Assembly: GCA_028534125.1 (NCBI GenBank)
Contig: CM052818.1
Coordinates: 20,896,001 to 20,960,000, forward strand
Reading direction: 5' to 3'
Source of the DNA: Lama glama
Taxonomy: Eukaryota
Length of the DNA: 64,000 nt
Part shown: in pieces, positions 13,715-27,000 of the stretch
Numbering within the stretch: position 1 is the first letter of the stretch
Layout: every line of letters starts with the position of its first letter
Notes under the pieces: model-generated
Database searches by the model: none
The model's input: only the letters and a program-made list of their open reading frames with translations
Told to the model about the DNA's origin: nothing
Translations under genes and position numbers: made by a program

Positions 13715-13835
13715 GTACCAATACCATGCTGTCTTGATGACTGTAGCTCTATAGTATTGTCTGAAGTCTGGGAGAGTTATTCCTCCAGCCTCTTTCTTTC
13801 TCTTCAGTAATGCTTTGGCAATTCTAGGTCTTTGA
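13715..13835 (-). mobile_element. Younger cetartiodactyl-type L1 ORF2 fragment, 5'-truncated
   Basis: gtaccaataccatgctgtcttgatgactgtagctctatagtattgtctgaagtctgggagagttattcctccagc is antisense to the ORF2 PDFxxYYxATVxKTAWYWY region. Confidence 0.85.
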
Positions 13836-14134
13836 TATATAAAAATGCTGAATTTCAGTTTTCTAGGACACCCTGAAGTGTCTTAAAATGGCAAGACAGG
13901 TGGACAGAGTAGGATACTTGACAGTTGTTATGTAGAGATAAGTTAGTAATTTACTTAATGACTGAAAAGGAGCATGTTTATAATTGTATGTTTGGTATTA
14001 TTAGAAAATCACATCAAAATCTGAGGAGGAATTATCTGTAATTAAATAATGTTGGTTTTGTAAAGTTCAGGATATTATGTTCTAGTTTATGTTTTGGGAA
14101 CATTTTATCCGACACCCATACAGGGGTAGATGTT

Positions 14135-14440
14135 CTTTTTTTTTATTTTTTATTTTTAGTAGACTTTATTACTTAAGTTTTAGGTTCACAGCATAATTGA
14201 GCAGAAGGTACAGGGAGTTTCCATGTAACTCCTGCTCTCACACATAACCTCCCGCATTATCAACATCCCGCACAGAGTGGTACATTTGTTAACAATTGCT
14301 GAACCTACATTGACGCGTCATTATCACCTGAAGTCCATAGTTAATATCAAGGTTCACTCTTGATGTTACACATTCTGTGGGTATCTACCATTGTAGTGTC
14401 ACACAGAGTGGTTTCACTGCCCTAAAAATCCTCTGTGCCA
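14135..14440 (-). mobile_element. L1MC1-like 3' end
   Basis: T-rich tail, then ttttaggttcacagcataattgagcagaaggtacag...tacattgacgcgtcattatcacctgaagtccatag. Confidence 0.8.
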
Positions 14441-16964
14441 TGTGATCAGCAGGTGGCTGACTAGCAACAATGACATCAGACCGGATCTTTTTCTTCCTCC
14501 TGTTATTTCTGGGAGTAAGAAGGCAGAGCCGACCTCTCTGTAACTGGCCTCTTAGAACAAGATGTTAATTAGCAATGCTATATGTGATTCGGAGTGAGGA
14601 GAGGGTGAAAATGAAAGTATCTACACCTTCCATTTGGAATTCCTACAGCAGTTTTACCACGTCTAGATCGTGTCACTTACCACTGTATTAGAAACCATTT
14701 TGCTTTGTTGTCTGCTTCGTGCTTATGGCTCTGTAATTCACGGTGTGTTTTGTGTCTTTTTCATTAATTCATATCAACAAATATTCATTAAGGCCCTACT
14801 GTGTGCAGAATTTTCTGGCCATGCTGGACAAAGGAACAAGAAAAATGAAGAACACATTTCCCTATTTGACAGAGCGTAAAGCCTAGTTTCAGGGCTAGGA
14901 ATTTACCTTGTAGTTAGACTTGCCAAAGTTCACGTTGTGCTACAAGGATAGTCCTTGCAGCATTATTTGTAATAGGAAAAAAAAAAAAAAAGTAGGGTGG
15001 AGGGACAAGCTAAGTGTCAGTACAGGACTAGTTAAATGATAGCTCACCTTACAGTGTGACCTTCTCTCAGCCTTTCTTAACCTCATCCTCATCCAAACCC
15101 CAGAAGTTAATTCATGACCTACCTTGTGCCCTCAGAGCTAAAGTGAGAAAAGCAAAATGGACAGCAAAGTGCGTAGTTAATCCCTTTTGTGTAAACAAAC
15201 AAACAAAGATCTCTGTCTGGTTGCTTATGTGTGCAGAATGCTAGGTGAGCAAAGTCTGGAGCTCTGAGACGCGTAACAGGAAGGGCCCCGGTTGCTGGCG
15301 TCCAGCTCATGCAGATAGAGGCCGGAGAAGCAGGTCCTCTGTCCTTGCTGCAAGCCAGGCTGGACCTGTCTTTCTTGCCTCAGGCCCTTTCCCATCTCTT
15401 AGATGGGGCCCCGCTAATTGGTCAGGTCAAGGATGTGATTTAGCGTATGTTCCACAGGAATGAAATCAGTAGGAAAATAAACCTCAAGGAACTTCCCACT
15501 CGTCCTGACTCCTACTCCACATGGCCGCTGCCCCACCAGCCTTGCTCTGGGATTGTTTCAGGCCTTCCCTGTGCATTTCCAAATAAAACCGGGCTGCTCT
15601 GGGCACACTTCCGAGGTGATGCCTGGAGCCTCGCACACTCGGGCCAGAGATTGATACGGTGTGTGCACGCCGGGGCCGATGCAGCTCTTTTGATCTGTTT
15701 CCGAAGGCAGCTCTTGGTCCCAAGTGGCTTCAAGTGATTGATTAAGTTAGGCTGTCTTTTAGGAGGGCTCTCCACTCATGCCTCCTCACCAGCTCACGGT
15801 GAGCCCTGCCAAATTTTACTCTCCTTTTATGCTGCAAGTTGGTCTGTTCCAAGTGGCTAAATGGAAACTGTGTTCTTAATATGCAGCCCGTTACCTAGTC
15901 CTTCATGTGCAGTCAGTTACCTTGGAATTCCTGTTTTGCATTTAGTCTGGTAGGGCACCCTCTTATCACATCATCAGTCATATTTCTAGCAAGGTTTCGG
16001 CCTATTGTTAGGGAGTAACTTTGCTTCAGAGCTTTCCTTCCCCTGTGCATCCTTCCCCCTTCTCCCTTCCCCCTTTCCCCTCCCAACCCCTGTCCATTTC
16101 AGTATGAGACTCATTGGGGAATCAGGGTGGTAACATTTGTTTTAAAACAAGCCAGTACATGTGTCTGTGGACTTTTAAAGACTGTGGTGTGGAAGTGGAC
16201 TCATGCGATATTCTTTTGGCTCCAGTTGGAGAAGGACCTTGGTTCAGCGGGTCCTGATGGAATGGCTGTCCAAGGAGTTTCAAAAAGCTTTCTGGTCATG
16301 CAGACCTGATTTCAGCTCCTGCCTTCAAGCACATTGTTTGCCTGTAAAAAAAAATTGGGATTATGTCTTCCATCTTGCGTGCACGGTGAGGGAGACTGCA
16401 GTGAACAGAAGTATCGGCCCATTCCCACGTCCGTTTCTACCACCCGGTCCTTACATGGTCTTTTCCAAAGTGGCCCATCCTGTAATGTAAGTGAGCCCAG
16501 CCCTCTGGGAGATGTACTTGGAGTTCTTTCCGTCTGTGCTGTGGTCCTCACAACTCCTGGTGCCCCCCTCACTACATACCAAGCCTTTCTTTCAGTCTCC
16601 CTGGGCTTTTAGTGATGTCTGCTTCAGATGTTCCAGCCTGGTCTTAGCTCTACTTTGAGAAATGAAAGCTGAGATGAAAGCAGTAATGGTTCAGAGCTCT
16701 TAAGAGGAGAGGAGGGGGTCTGGCCACACCTGCCCATGACATCCTTTTCCAAATTTGTGCCATCTGGGTTTTGCTTTAAGGGAGCTAGAGGTTTGCTTTC
16801 TGATCTGTGCTGTCCTATCATCAACCCCAGTGTTTTTCCTTCTTTTGGGGACCATTCTCCCTCAAAGAAACCCAGTTTTTAAAAAATTATTCCTTGAGAA
16901 TTACTGTGTATATACTAATGAACATAATAATTTTGTATTAGCTTATTGCTTATTTATTTATCCA

Positions 16965-18050
16965 CGCACTAATTTACTCACCCAGCAAATGTTCATTGAG
17001 TGCCTTTAACATGCCAAGCACAATTCAGGCACAGGGGATATAACAGTGAACAAGAGAGACAAAATCCCTACCCTCACGGATCTTGTGTGGGGGCGATGTC
17101 AAGAATAACAATAAAACACATAGTGACAAGGATGTGGGGGTAAGGGACTGTAGACAGGATAGATGTTCTTTGGAAGGTGACATTTGAATGGAAGCTAGAG
17201 TGTGATTCACTCTATGGGCAGGGAACCATACAAAGATCCAGGGAAAGAACACCAAGGAGGTGGAAAGGTCCTGGGGCAGGAAACAGAATGATGGGTTCAA
17301 GGAAGAAGCCCACATGTCTGGAGCCCAGTGTGCAAGGAGGGCTGGGTAAGGAATGAGGCCGCATCAGGTAGGGTGTTATAGACTGGTTTATATCTTATAT
17401 CTATATAAGTTTAGATCTTACTTTAGGCATAAAGGAAAGCCAGGAGAGAGTTTGGGGTAGTGGACTGGCATGGTCTGATTTATAATTTTAAAACATCATG
17501 ATGACTGCTGTGTGGAGAACAGAGAATGGGGAACAAGATGGAAGCAAAGAGACCAGCTAGATGGCTGCAGCAACCCAGCAAGAAACCTTGGCTGCCTTGG
17601 CTGGCTTTGTGTACTGTTCAAGTGGTCAAGGTGGTAAGAAGTCGTCAAACCCAGAATCTCTTTTGAAGATAAAGCTAACAGACCTTGCTGAGGGACTGTG
17701 GGTTGGGTGTGAGGGAAGATGAGGACTCAAAAATGACCCCTAGGTTTTGGGCCTGAGCATCTGGGTGAATGGTCATGCTATTTACTGAGAGTGAGAGAGG
17801 TAGGGGCAGAACTGGTTTGAGATGGGAAGTGTGTTTTGGATGTGGGAACTTCAGGGTGCTTATCAGACATCCAAGTATCTGGAGCTCAGGAAGAGGCTGA
17901 GTCTGGAGATAAAGAGTATCAACATCTTTGACACACTGATAAGGTCAAGGCTGTGGGACTGGATGGAGTCACTCAGTGAGTGTGCAGGGAGAGGAGAGGT
18001 CCCAGGACTGAGCACGGAGCACACAGGCACATAACTGGGAAAGAAGAGGA
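16965..18050 (-). mobile_element. L2a-like LINE
   Basis: cagcaaatgttcattgagtgcc...ggggatataacagtgaacaag...gaaggtgacatttgaat...tgactgctgtgtggagaacag...gggcctgagcatctgggtgaatgg. Confidence 0.85.
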
Positions 18051-20489
18051 AGAGCTGAGCTCACCTGAGCTCACCCCACTGGTCCAGCAGTTTTGTGGAA
18101 GTCCCTTCTGGTCTCCTGGGTCTCCCAGTCCAAAACTAAGCCTTATATGTTGATGACTAAGGCCCCTGTCCCACAGTGACCTTGAGTATCTCATGGATTT
18201 AGTTCTGACCCAGGTCCTGGTGGACTTTTCCTTTCGCAGGAGCCCTAGGTCCCAAGGAGCTGTTTGGTCTCCTTTGCAAACAGAGAACCTGCCTCTGAAC
18301 CTAGAACCAGGAAACCAGTGGCTTCAGCCCACTTACAAGACTGTCTTTCCGTTTGGCCACTGAACCACAGAGTTAATTATTTTGTTTTAGAGAGAGGACA
18401 TGAATATGTTGTGACTTCCTAATTTCATCTGCCATGCTATGTGTTTGGGGACTGTGGGCAAGACCATCTACAAGGCAAGGGACATTGCCATTTTGACTGG
18501 GGCATCAACATTTTGATTTTTAAGAACTTGTTATCTCTATGGTTCAACCTCACCCCTTGAATTTCTCCAGCAGCTGGTCATCCCTGAGTCACTCACTTAC
18601 TTAATGTTTACTGACAAGTAACTATGAACATTCGCTAAATACAGAGTAAGTTATGATTCCTGCTCTCCCAGAGCTGAAAATCAAGCCAGGCAGTTCGAAC
18701 TACAAGCAACACATGAGGAACGACATCAGAGTGGACCTGCTCCGGCCCAGTGCTGAGCACAGAGGAGATTCTCAAGGATGTGAAAGGAACAAGCCCACCA
18801 GGTGGATCGTTGTCCAGTGGCGCCTACCAGTCCCGCTGCTGCAAGATTCAGGGAGGAGGAAATGGCAAGGGCTGGAGTGGTTGGAGAGGGTGGAGGGAGA
18901 TGATGTTGGAAGCCATGAGGGGAGGGATGGGCTTGAAAGAGGGGCAGGTTTGGTCCAGTGGAGGACAGAAGGTACTGCAGGCAACGAAAGAAGGCGAACA
19001 AGTGGAAGAGTGAGCCCCACTCAGAGGGGCGATGAGATCAACCTGGGAGGAAGGGTGGGTGCATTTGGAGAGTAGCAGGTACACACTGTGGTGGTCCTTA
19101 AAGCCAGCTTAGGGCCCGGAGGGAGGGCTTTGCCTGCCACTGCTTTGCTCTAGTGAGAGTTGTAATTTATAAGGAAAAGAAATTGTGATTTCCTTCAAGT
19201 TGGAGTGAGAAGAGGTCCAGTGCCTCAGGGGCCTTGGAGGGGCAGCAGATTGGAAGAGAAACAGAGGTGGGGAAGACACTGCTATCCTGGGGCCACATCC
19301 TGCACCTGGGAAGATGGCTGGCATGAGCTGAGCCCTGTGCCCCTGTGGCCTAAGCTGATGGCTGCTCCAAAGCAAAGCAAGCAGCCAGGCGCCTGCCTGG
19401 ATACCGCCGTACGAGCAGTCATTGAAGGTTCGCTAGTGTTGTTAACGCAGAATAGCCCCTGACTTCAGTAAATGCTCTAGACTGCAGCTTAAAAAGTGCT
19501 TCCACTCACACCCTATCGCTTAATTTTCACAGCTCTGCTGTAAGCACTGGCATTCCCACCTAACAGAAGGAAGGGGACATTTTCAGAGTGGCCCCTGGCC
19601 CACTCATTTGTAAGGCGGTGTGTACCCGGGATCCTGAAGCGTTACCTGGGGTGATTTTGGCCATTCAGGCGGCAACACAGTGAGCCCTGCTTTTATTAGT
19701 CCTTCAGGGTGGGAGACACAGCAGTGAGGGAGGGAAGTGTGACCAACTCCAGGACTGGGACCCAAGTGGAAAGAAGAGGGAAAGGGAATGAATGGGGAAT
19801 TGATGGAGGCGCTCAGTGTACCGGGCCTGTGTCCCTGTCACACAAGGCTGGAGGGGGTCCAACCCTGTCCTTCAGACCTTGGCCCCTAAGCCTAGCAGGC
19901 TGCCGATGCTGCTGAGGGGCAGACACAGATGTCCACGGGCCGGTGGGGGGCTACGCTGAGGCTAGTCTTGCCCACAGGGCAGAGTGGGGACCTGGTTGTT
20001 GACAGGAAGTTGCACTTCAACAGCCATCCGGGTGCTACAGCAGTCTCGACTCCAGACCATTTTATTTCCTGCCTCACAAGAACAAAGTCCCAATTTAAAA
20101 CAAATGCTCAGTTTACCAAACAGAAAAGGAAAACAGTAGATCATAAGGGAAAAAAAAAAAAAAGCATGCTCTGAGCCATCTTTGTTCTATTATCATCATA
20201 TTTTGTCTTCCAAACGAAGCATCTTTACATGCAAATCCATTTTTGTATATTTTGACTGATTGCTGGCAAGATAGAGAGACATAAATATTTCTGGAAATGG
20301 ACATGACATAAACATCATTAGCCGGGCTGCAACTGTGTGTGTGTGTGTGTGTGTGGTTTGAAAAAATGTTTATGGCGAGTTCAGTCAACAGACCCTCATC
20401 TCTCTCTGATCAAGAGCCTTTGTAAGGACTTGGGGACATCGGGCCTGGAGAGGATAGACAGGAGAGGTTCTGGGAGTCTGAGGAACATT

Positions 20490-21440
20490 CCAGATTTTAA
20501 GCATTAATTAAGTTAGAAAGCCACCATCTGCACAATTGCTCGTAACCCTTCTGATTATCTTTCATAATTTTTAAATGTATGAAGCATGTTTAGTTGGCCC
20601 CCGAGACGCCAACGTTGCTTTAGAAATTCCAGCTGTCGCAAAGCTCTTTTTAATGACATTACTGGGCAGCTCAGCCACCGTGAGGGAGCAGGCGCTCGTG
20701 ACCTCGAATGCTAGCAGAGCCCAGGCCTGTAACATACCTATCAAGAAACGATGGCAACTTTTTTTTTCCTTTTTAAAAATCAGACCCAGTCACGGTGAGC
20801 CCCTTCTCCACCGCGGGAAGGTGGAGCGTGAAGACGTTCGCAGCCGAGCTGAGACGGCCGTGCTCTCCCGTCTGGGATACATTGCTTTGTCTAACAAGGC
20901 GCCCCAGCAGGCTTCCAATTGTGGTCTCTCTGCAGACCCTCCCAGCTGCACGGGCTGATTGACAGACTGTGGGCAGATGCGGTGCCAGACTCTAATAAAG
21001 AGAGGGCCTTGGGAAAATATAAGGCAATTATCGATGGGCAGCAACCCACTAATCAGACAATTTCAAAATTAATCCCATATTCCCTTACTGTATTAGCTTT
21101 CTTTCTTGTTTGTATTTATATAGCAAATTCATGACTTCAGTGAAAATTCTTCCCTCCAGCCCAATTATATCTCTCTGAGGGCATTAAATTAAAAAACAGG
21201 AGATATTGAAAGTGGCTTGCAATTAGTTTCCTTAGTTAAAGGTGCTGCGTGCACTTAGCGACGGTGGGGTTCGTAACAGGATGCATAATAGTCAAAGTAA
21301 ACACCCGTTTTTTTTCCCTCATCTTGACAGGGTGAGGACTGGTAAGAATAATGTGTCTAGCATTACTCTGGACCAGCGATAATGGGTTAAATAATAGTGA
21401 TTTGATTTGGAAGCTGATTGGATTTGCATAAAATCCTACT
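20490..21440. promoter_or_regulatory. Candidate developmental enhancer block
   Basis: No repeat recognised. TTAATTAA (20504-20511), TGATTGACAG (20956-20965), TAATCC (21070-21075), ATTTGCAT (21422-21429), with elevated CpG in the middle. Confidence 0.5.
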
Positions 21441-24400
21441 CAGATGTCTTGACGACTCCAAACATCTCAGGATACTCCACCCTCCTCTGGCGTGATCCAT
21501 CCTGGTGGCCTTCTCTGACTTTCCTGGGCCTCATTAAGAATATGGATTTTTTGCAGTCAAGTCATTCAGAGAAAACCCAGCCAGTTTCTATTACAGGTTT
21601 CACATGCAGGATAATCTTCCAAGTAGTGATATGAAACTTTTAAATATACATAAAGAAGTTTCAAGTATTTTGCCAGTGAGGATTACAGAAGTCAGTTTCT
21701 CTGTTACTATCTCCACCCTCATTTTATCTCTGTTCTCCAACCCACACCCCTTTTTTTGACCTGAAACAGATGGAAATCTTTTGTTCACTGTAAAAATTGC
21801 TTCTGCAGAATGCCTTCTGATTGCCTAACTTTACCACATAAACTGAGAAAAGTCAAGTATCGGCACAATTTGGGGGGTTCATACGGCCAGAGCCTCATGT
21901 TGGGGGCCTGAATGTTATGACTGTCAGACCTGCCTGCTCGCCCAGCCTTGGCAGACTCGCCCTCCCCACACGCATACGGGCTCAGCTGTGCCGCAGTCTG
22001 CTCTGGGGATCCTGTCCTGCAGCAGGAGGGACTGAAGCAGCTCTGGTCCAACAGCATTAAGTACCATTTGATGCTCTTCCCTTTCTACCCTGGCCCCAGA
22101 TCTAGCAACCAACCTTCTGGCTTGTTTGGAAATGCCACCATCCTTCCCTCCCGTGCCTGGAGTGACAGTGGCGAACAATCATGAAATTCTTTTTCAGACG
22201 CAGTCTTAGAATCTTGTCTTAGAATCTAGTTGATCAGGTATCAGGGCAACCAATCATCCGGGTCCAGAAGAAAAGGCTGGATGTGAGGCTGAGAAGAGTG
22301 AGTGAGGAGGGCTTTCCATCCCAGGTCGTTGGGATGGGGAGTGGGCAAAAGGGAGGATGGAGAAAGCCACGGAATAGAGTAGAAACCAAGGAATAATGTG
22401 CAGAGTGTGTGGAGGGACTCCTGAGGATCCCGGCCTGCCTGGAGCTAAAAGGGCAGAGACAAGGCCGGGCAGAGGGGAACCAGAATCTCGTTCAACATGG
22501 TGCCCCAGGACTCACTGTCAGTCAGTCAGAGCTGGCATGCCCCTTGGTCTCAAAGGAAATGCAAAATATGAATTTTCCTTCCCTAAAAAGTGAACTGTAA
22601 GAAAAGAAAAAAAGAGCAAACTTTTTTTCACTTGAACTACAGCTCAGAGCTTCAAGTCAGTGTCATTCTATAAGAAACACAAAGACGAGGCAACTCGAGT
22701 GGGTGCTGAGGGTCTAATAGCTTAAAATATCAAAGGGCCGTCACGTGGGAGGATGAGCAATGTATCTCTGAACGGCCCTCAGAGGTGGCAGGAGGTCCAT
22801 GAGGGGCGCCCACAGGAAGTCAGGTGTTGATTTTATCTAAGGAAATCGTTTCTAAAAGCCAGACATCTCTAAAGCTAGAGAGGGTTACCTAACAGGCAGT
22901 GACAGCCCTGTCACTGTGGGTGTTCAGGCAGAGCCTGGACAACAGTTTAGCACGGATATGACTTCGGGAACTTCGGAGTCACAAGGAAGTGTCAGCGATT
23001 TCAAGGTCACTTTCAGCCTTAAGAAGAAATGATTTGTTGTGACTACGGGGGAAAAAGTGATAAGGCCATTGTCTTCGCACCTGTTGAATCTGGCCAGTTC
23101 TGAAGGGAGTCGCCTCCATTCTGAGGAGGCACGGGGTGGGGGAGGGAGGTGGATGGAGGAGCGGGCACTGGGATTTCATGACCTCTCCCCAGCATCTCAT
23201 AGCTAGAAGTTCGGTTCAAAGATGCGCTCCCTCGTTAGTTCCATTCCTTCTGAAGCAGCCTTCACCTTGATTATTAAAGCCTTTCTTGCCACTCACAGAA
23301 ACTCCAGCTGAGGCCCACGAGCAGGTGTTTTTCTTTTTAATGGCTTTCCCAAATGAGCAATTTATACCCCTGGAGACTTACAAACTCTGGTGTTGGGCCC
23401 TACTCAAGAAGTTGCAGGGGCTCCCCACTGCCCACTGGAGTGGCCCCCTCCTTAGCCTGGCAGCCACGGCCCTTTAAGTCCAGCTCCTTTCTGCTTGTCC
23501 AGCCTCATCTCTGCCCTTTCGGTTCAGGAGTCCCTCCACACATGCTGCACATTCTACACTCTATTCCTTGGTTTCCCCTTCCTCCCTTTGGCTCACTCCC
23601 ATCCCAACAGTGTGGAAATGAAGCCTTCCTCACTTATCTCAGTTTCTTCCCATCTGTCCTTTTCTTCTTGACCCAAGGATTGAATGCTCCCAACATCCAA
23701 TTCACCTCTGTACCTAAAAGCCTCTGAACTTCGAGAGAAGCCTTCCTTCCAGTGCAGTGGGACTTGTATGGGGCAGGGAGGAGACAGAAACAATCGAAAA
23801 CGGGGACTTCCTTATCACCCCTTGCTGGCTTGAGGTGCTTAGTGTCAAAAGCAGTGGGACATTTGGGGGAGCACCTGGCAGCTGGATAAGTGATTTGTGC
23901 TGCAGGCAAACTCTTTACCTAGGTGGAATGGACACTGGGTGACCCGTTTTGCGGGTCCTGTGTGTAAGGCTCTGTCTCTGACCTATGGACTTTGCACCGT
24001 GGAGGCCCACAACGGTGAGGGGCAGGGATGCTGCCCCCGTAGATGCGATTGTAGGTAATCCAGACTCTGCTGGGAAGTGGCTCACCGCTGTGAGAATCTG
24101 AGAGCACTGTTGGTCAAATTGTGTTTCCTCAGTGGGGAAAATAGAGGGTGCTGGAGTTTGAAGGCTTGCATTCCAGTTCCAACATTTCTACTTATTCTTC
24201 ATCTTTGCCAGGTTGCTTCGTGTTTCTGAGTTTCCGTTTCCACGGTTGTATAACAATGATAATAATACCTGTTTTCATGGCTGGTTTAAGTATCAAATTG
24301 GAAGGTGATTCGCAAATTGTCAAGTGTTAGTAAAAGTTTTCTGCTGTAGAGGCTTCGCCTTGAAAACAGTTGCTTCTGGTCTCAGACAACAAGGTGAGGA

Positions 24401-24499
24401 AGGGGGCTGCCTGCAGGGCACCTACACGTGGAGGCAGTGGGAGTGAGTGCTGGGCATCGACCACTGGGAGCCCAATACAGTCTCTTTCTTTGATGTTAT

Positions 24500-25250
24500 T
24501 TTTTTATTGAGATATAGTTCACATCATATAAAATTCACTACTTTAAACTGTACAGTTCATGATCCCTAGTATATCTGTGATGTGCAACTTACCAGCACTA
24601 ATTCCAGAGCATTTCCATCACCCCCAAAGAAGCCCTGTACCCATCAGCAGTCTCTCCCTGTGCCCCACGGCTGTGTGTGGGGAGGGAGAGGTGGGAAGCA
24701 TAGCGACCACTTGTCCACATTCTGTCCCTGTAGAGTTTCCTATTCTGGGTATTTCACATAAATGGAATCAGACAATATATGGCCTTTTCTTTCACTTAAC
24801 ATACTGTTTTTAAGGTTCATGTTGTGGCATATATTACATTTCGTTCTTTTTATGGCTCAATAATATTCTATTGTATGGCTAGATCTCCCTTTGTTCTCCC
24901 ACTCATCAGATGATAGATATTTGTGTGGTTTTCCCTTTGGGGCTATTGTGAATAAGGAAGCTGTGAACACTGGTAGACATGTATCTGTTTGAATCTCTGT
25001 TTTCAGTTCTTTGGGGTAGATATCCAGGAGTGAAATTGCTGGATCATGTGGTAGCTGCATGTGGAACTTTTTGAGGGATGCCAAACTGTTTTCCACAGCA
25101 GCTGCACCATGAACACACTCACCAGCAATGTATGGGGGGCCCAATTTCTCTCCATCTTAGCCCAAACTTCTTATTTGCTGTTTTTTTATTACAACCACCC
25201 TCGTGGGTATGAAGCGGTATCTCATTGTGGTTCTGATTTCCATTTCCCTC
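24500..25250 (-). mobile_element. L1MB-type 3' end
   Basis: ttttattgagatatagttcacatcatataaaattcac... The minus-strand ORF 24857-25144 resembles the L1 ORF2 C-terminus (LPHDPAISLLDIYPKELKT). Confidence 0.88.
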
Positions 25251-25404
25251 AGGAGGGAGCCTAATACATTCTTAACAGAACTAAGAAGTCTGTGAAACGA
25301 GATCGCTTAAAAGGTGCCCAGGAGACCCTTCCTATGGAAGCAGAGGCTCTGAGGTTTAATTGTCAGCTCCGCCTTTACTGCCCCCATCTCTGCTCCTAGT
25401 AGCC

Positions 25405-25560
25405 AGCGCTAAGGTGCTTCTGTGTGCCCAAGACTGTGCGACAGGCTGTCAGGGGGACAACCCTATAAACTCGGTATTGTTATTGTCCCATTTAACAGCT
25501 GTGGAAGCTGAGACTTAGAGATAGTAAATAACTTGCTCGAGGTCATCCAGCTGAGAGGCG
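25405..25560 (-). mobile_element. MIR SINE
   Basis: tattgttattgtcccatttaacagctgtggaagctgagacttagagatagtaaataacttgctcgaggtcatccagct. Confidence 0.75.
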
Positions 25561-26819
25561 AGGCTGCTTACTCCCTAGCCAAGCTCTTGGCCTCGATGCC
25601 ATAGTGATTCCTGCCAGAGAAGAAGACCATCCAGCAGGTTCTCCACTCTCAAAATTCAACACATGCTTCCCGCGTGCCCACTGTGTGCCGGAGTCTGTGA
25701 TGGGCTCTCCAGCCACAGATGAAGCTTTTCCATGGGCAGCTCACGGTCTGGAGAGATCTGTGACTTTGCCAGTGCTTTTTGTAGAGTGGAGAAATGAGTT
25801 TTATAATTTTTATTTGATTTAGCCCTCAAGTTGTTAACACCTCCAGTGCAGGGGCTGGGGAGAGGCTTGTCTATAAATATTAGCTCTCCAAGTAAAAATG
25901 ACTCTTTCATCTCGGCAGACCTAATTAAGCTGTTGATTAGAGAAGGATCAACACCTCCGTCTGTAACAAAAGACACTGTCTGTCAGCAGGAGGTTCTGTC
26001 AGGGCAATTTCTCCTGCAGTTTAGAACTTTTAGGAGGACAGAACCCAGGCAGCCCAGGGTGTCAAAAGGGACAGGTCTTACTCCACGTAGTACCCCACCA
26101 CACACACACACACACACATACTACCCCAGAGAGGCTGGAAACCCTGCAGCCCTGCCTCCTGGGAGGAATTATTTAATGTCTTTCTAATAGAAATAGAAGC
26201 TTCAAGCAATGGAGAAATTTACTGGCAGAATCAGTATAGTTTATGGGGCACAAATGGAGCCTGGCAGTTCTGGAACATTTGTGTGTGTTTGGAGGACTCA
26301 GGCTGCCCAGGAGAGGAGTGGCAGGCCAGGCTCTGATCTTCCTGGTGAGGGGACCAGAGAAGCCAGCCCCAGGCTTCCTGTCCCCGTCTCTCCAGGGGCA
26401 CCAGTTGCCCGATGGGGCCTGCCGATGTGACAACCCTTTCACAGGAGTACTTCTGAGAAACTGACTTCCTTTGAGTCTCCATCACAAAGAATAGGATTCT
26501 TCTTTGTGGATCCAGGAATTCTTTTTGTGGTAGACTAGACTTAGAAGCATCTTCTTGCAAGAAAGCCTGTCTCCCCAGGCGTGAGGTCTGCTTGGTCAGC
26601 CAGCGACAAGGATTCACCAGCCTCCTCCTTCTTCCCCATCCCCAGGCCCTTCACAAGAACCGCACAAAAGTCAGGGAGTTGCGGCTTCACTGAATGGACC
26701 TCCATGGGCTCAAGAGTGAATGACAACCAGCCACACAAGAGAGCGGCATAGTGCGGGTGTGCAGGGAGGAGGGCAACTTTCTCTGTAGGAAACGCAAAGG
26801 CCACTGTAAACATGCAATA

Positions 26820-27000
26820 ATAGTGATTGGCGTGTGTGGAGCGCTCACCGTGCGCCAGGCACTGTCCTAAGGACCGCACGTGCACGATGACTCCTGAGAG
26901 TGACCCTACAAAGTATCACTAACCCTAAGTTACAAATGAGCAGACCGAGCACAGAAAGATTAAGGAACTTGCCTGAAGGCACACAGCTGACAAGTGGACA
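26820..27000 (-). mobile_element. MIR SINE
   Basis: gtgcgccaggcactgtcctaagg...ttacaaatgagcagaccgagcacagaaagattaaggaacttgcctgaaggcacacagct. Confidence 0.75.

Noticed and set aside
13059..13754. Long ORFs of 171-231 aa
   Set aside because: Artefacts of translating the 500-N gap.
18055..18075. Short direct repeats (tgagctcacc x2; also ccatgactgga x2 near 36702-36724)
   Set aside because: Two-unit slippage duplications without spacer structure. Not CRISPR-like or otherwise informative.
18795..18808. CTCF-like CCACCAGGTGGATC
   Set aside because: Mismatches the invariant 3' GGC(A/G) core. Too weak to call without a PWM score or ChIP data.
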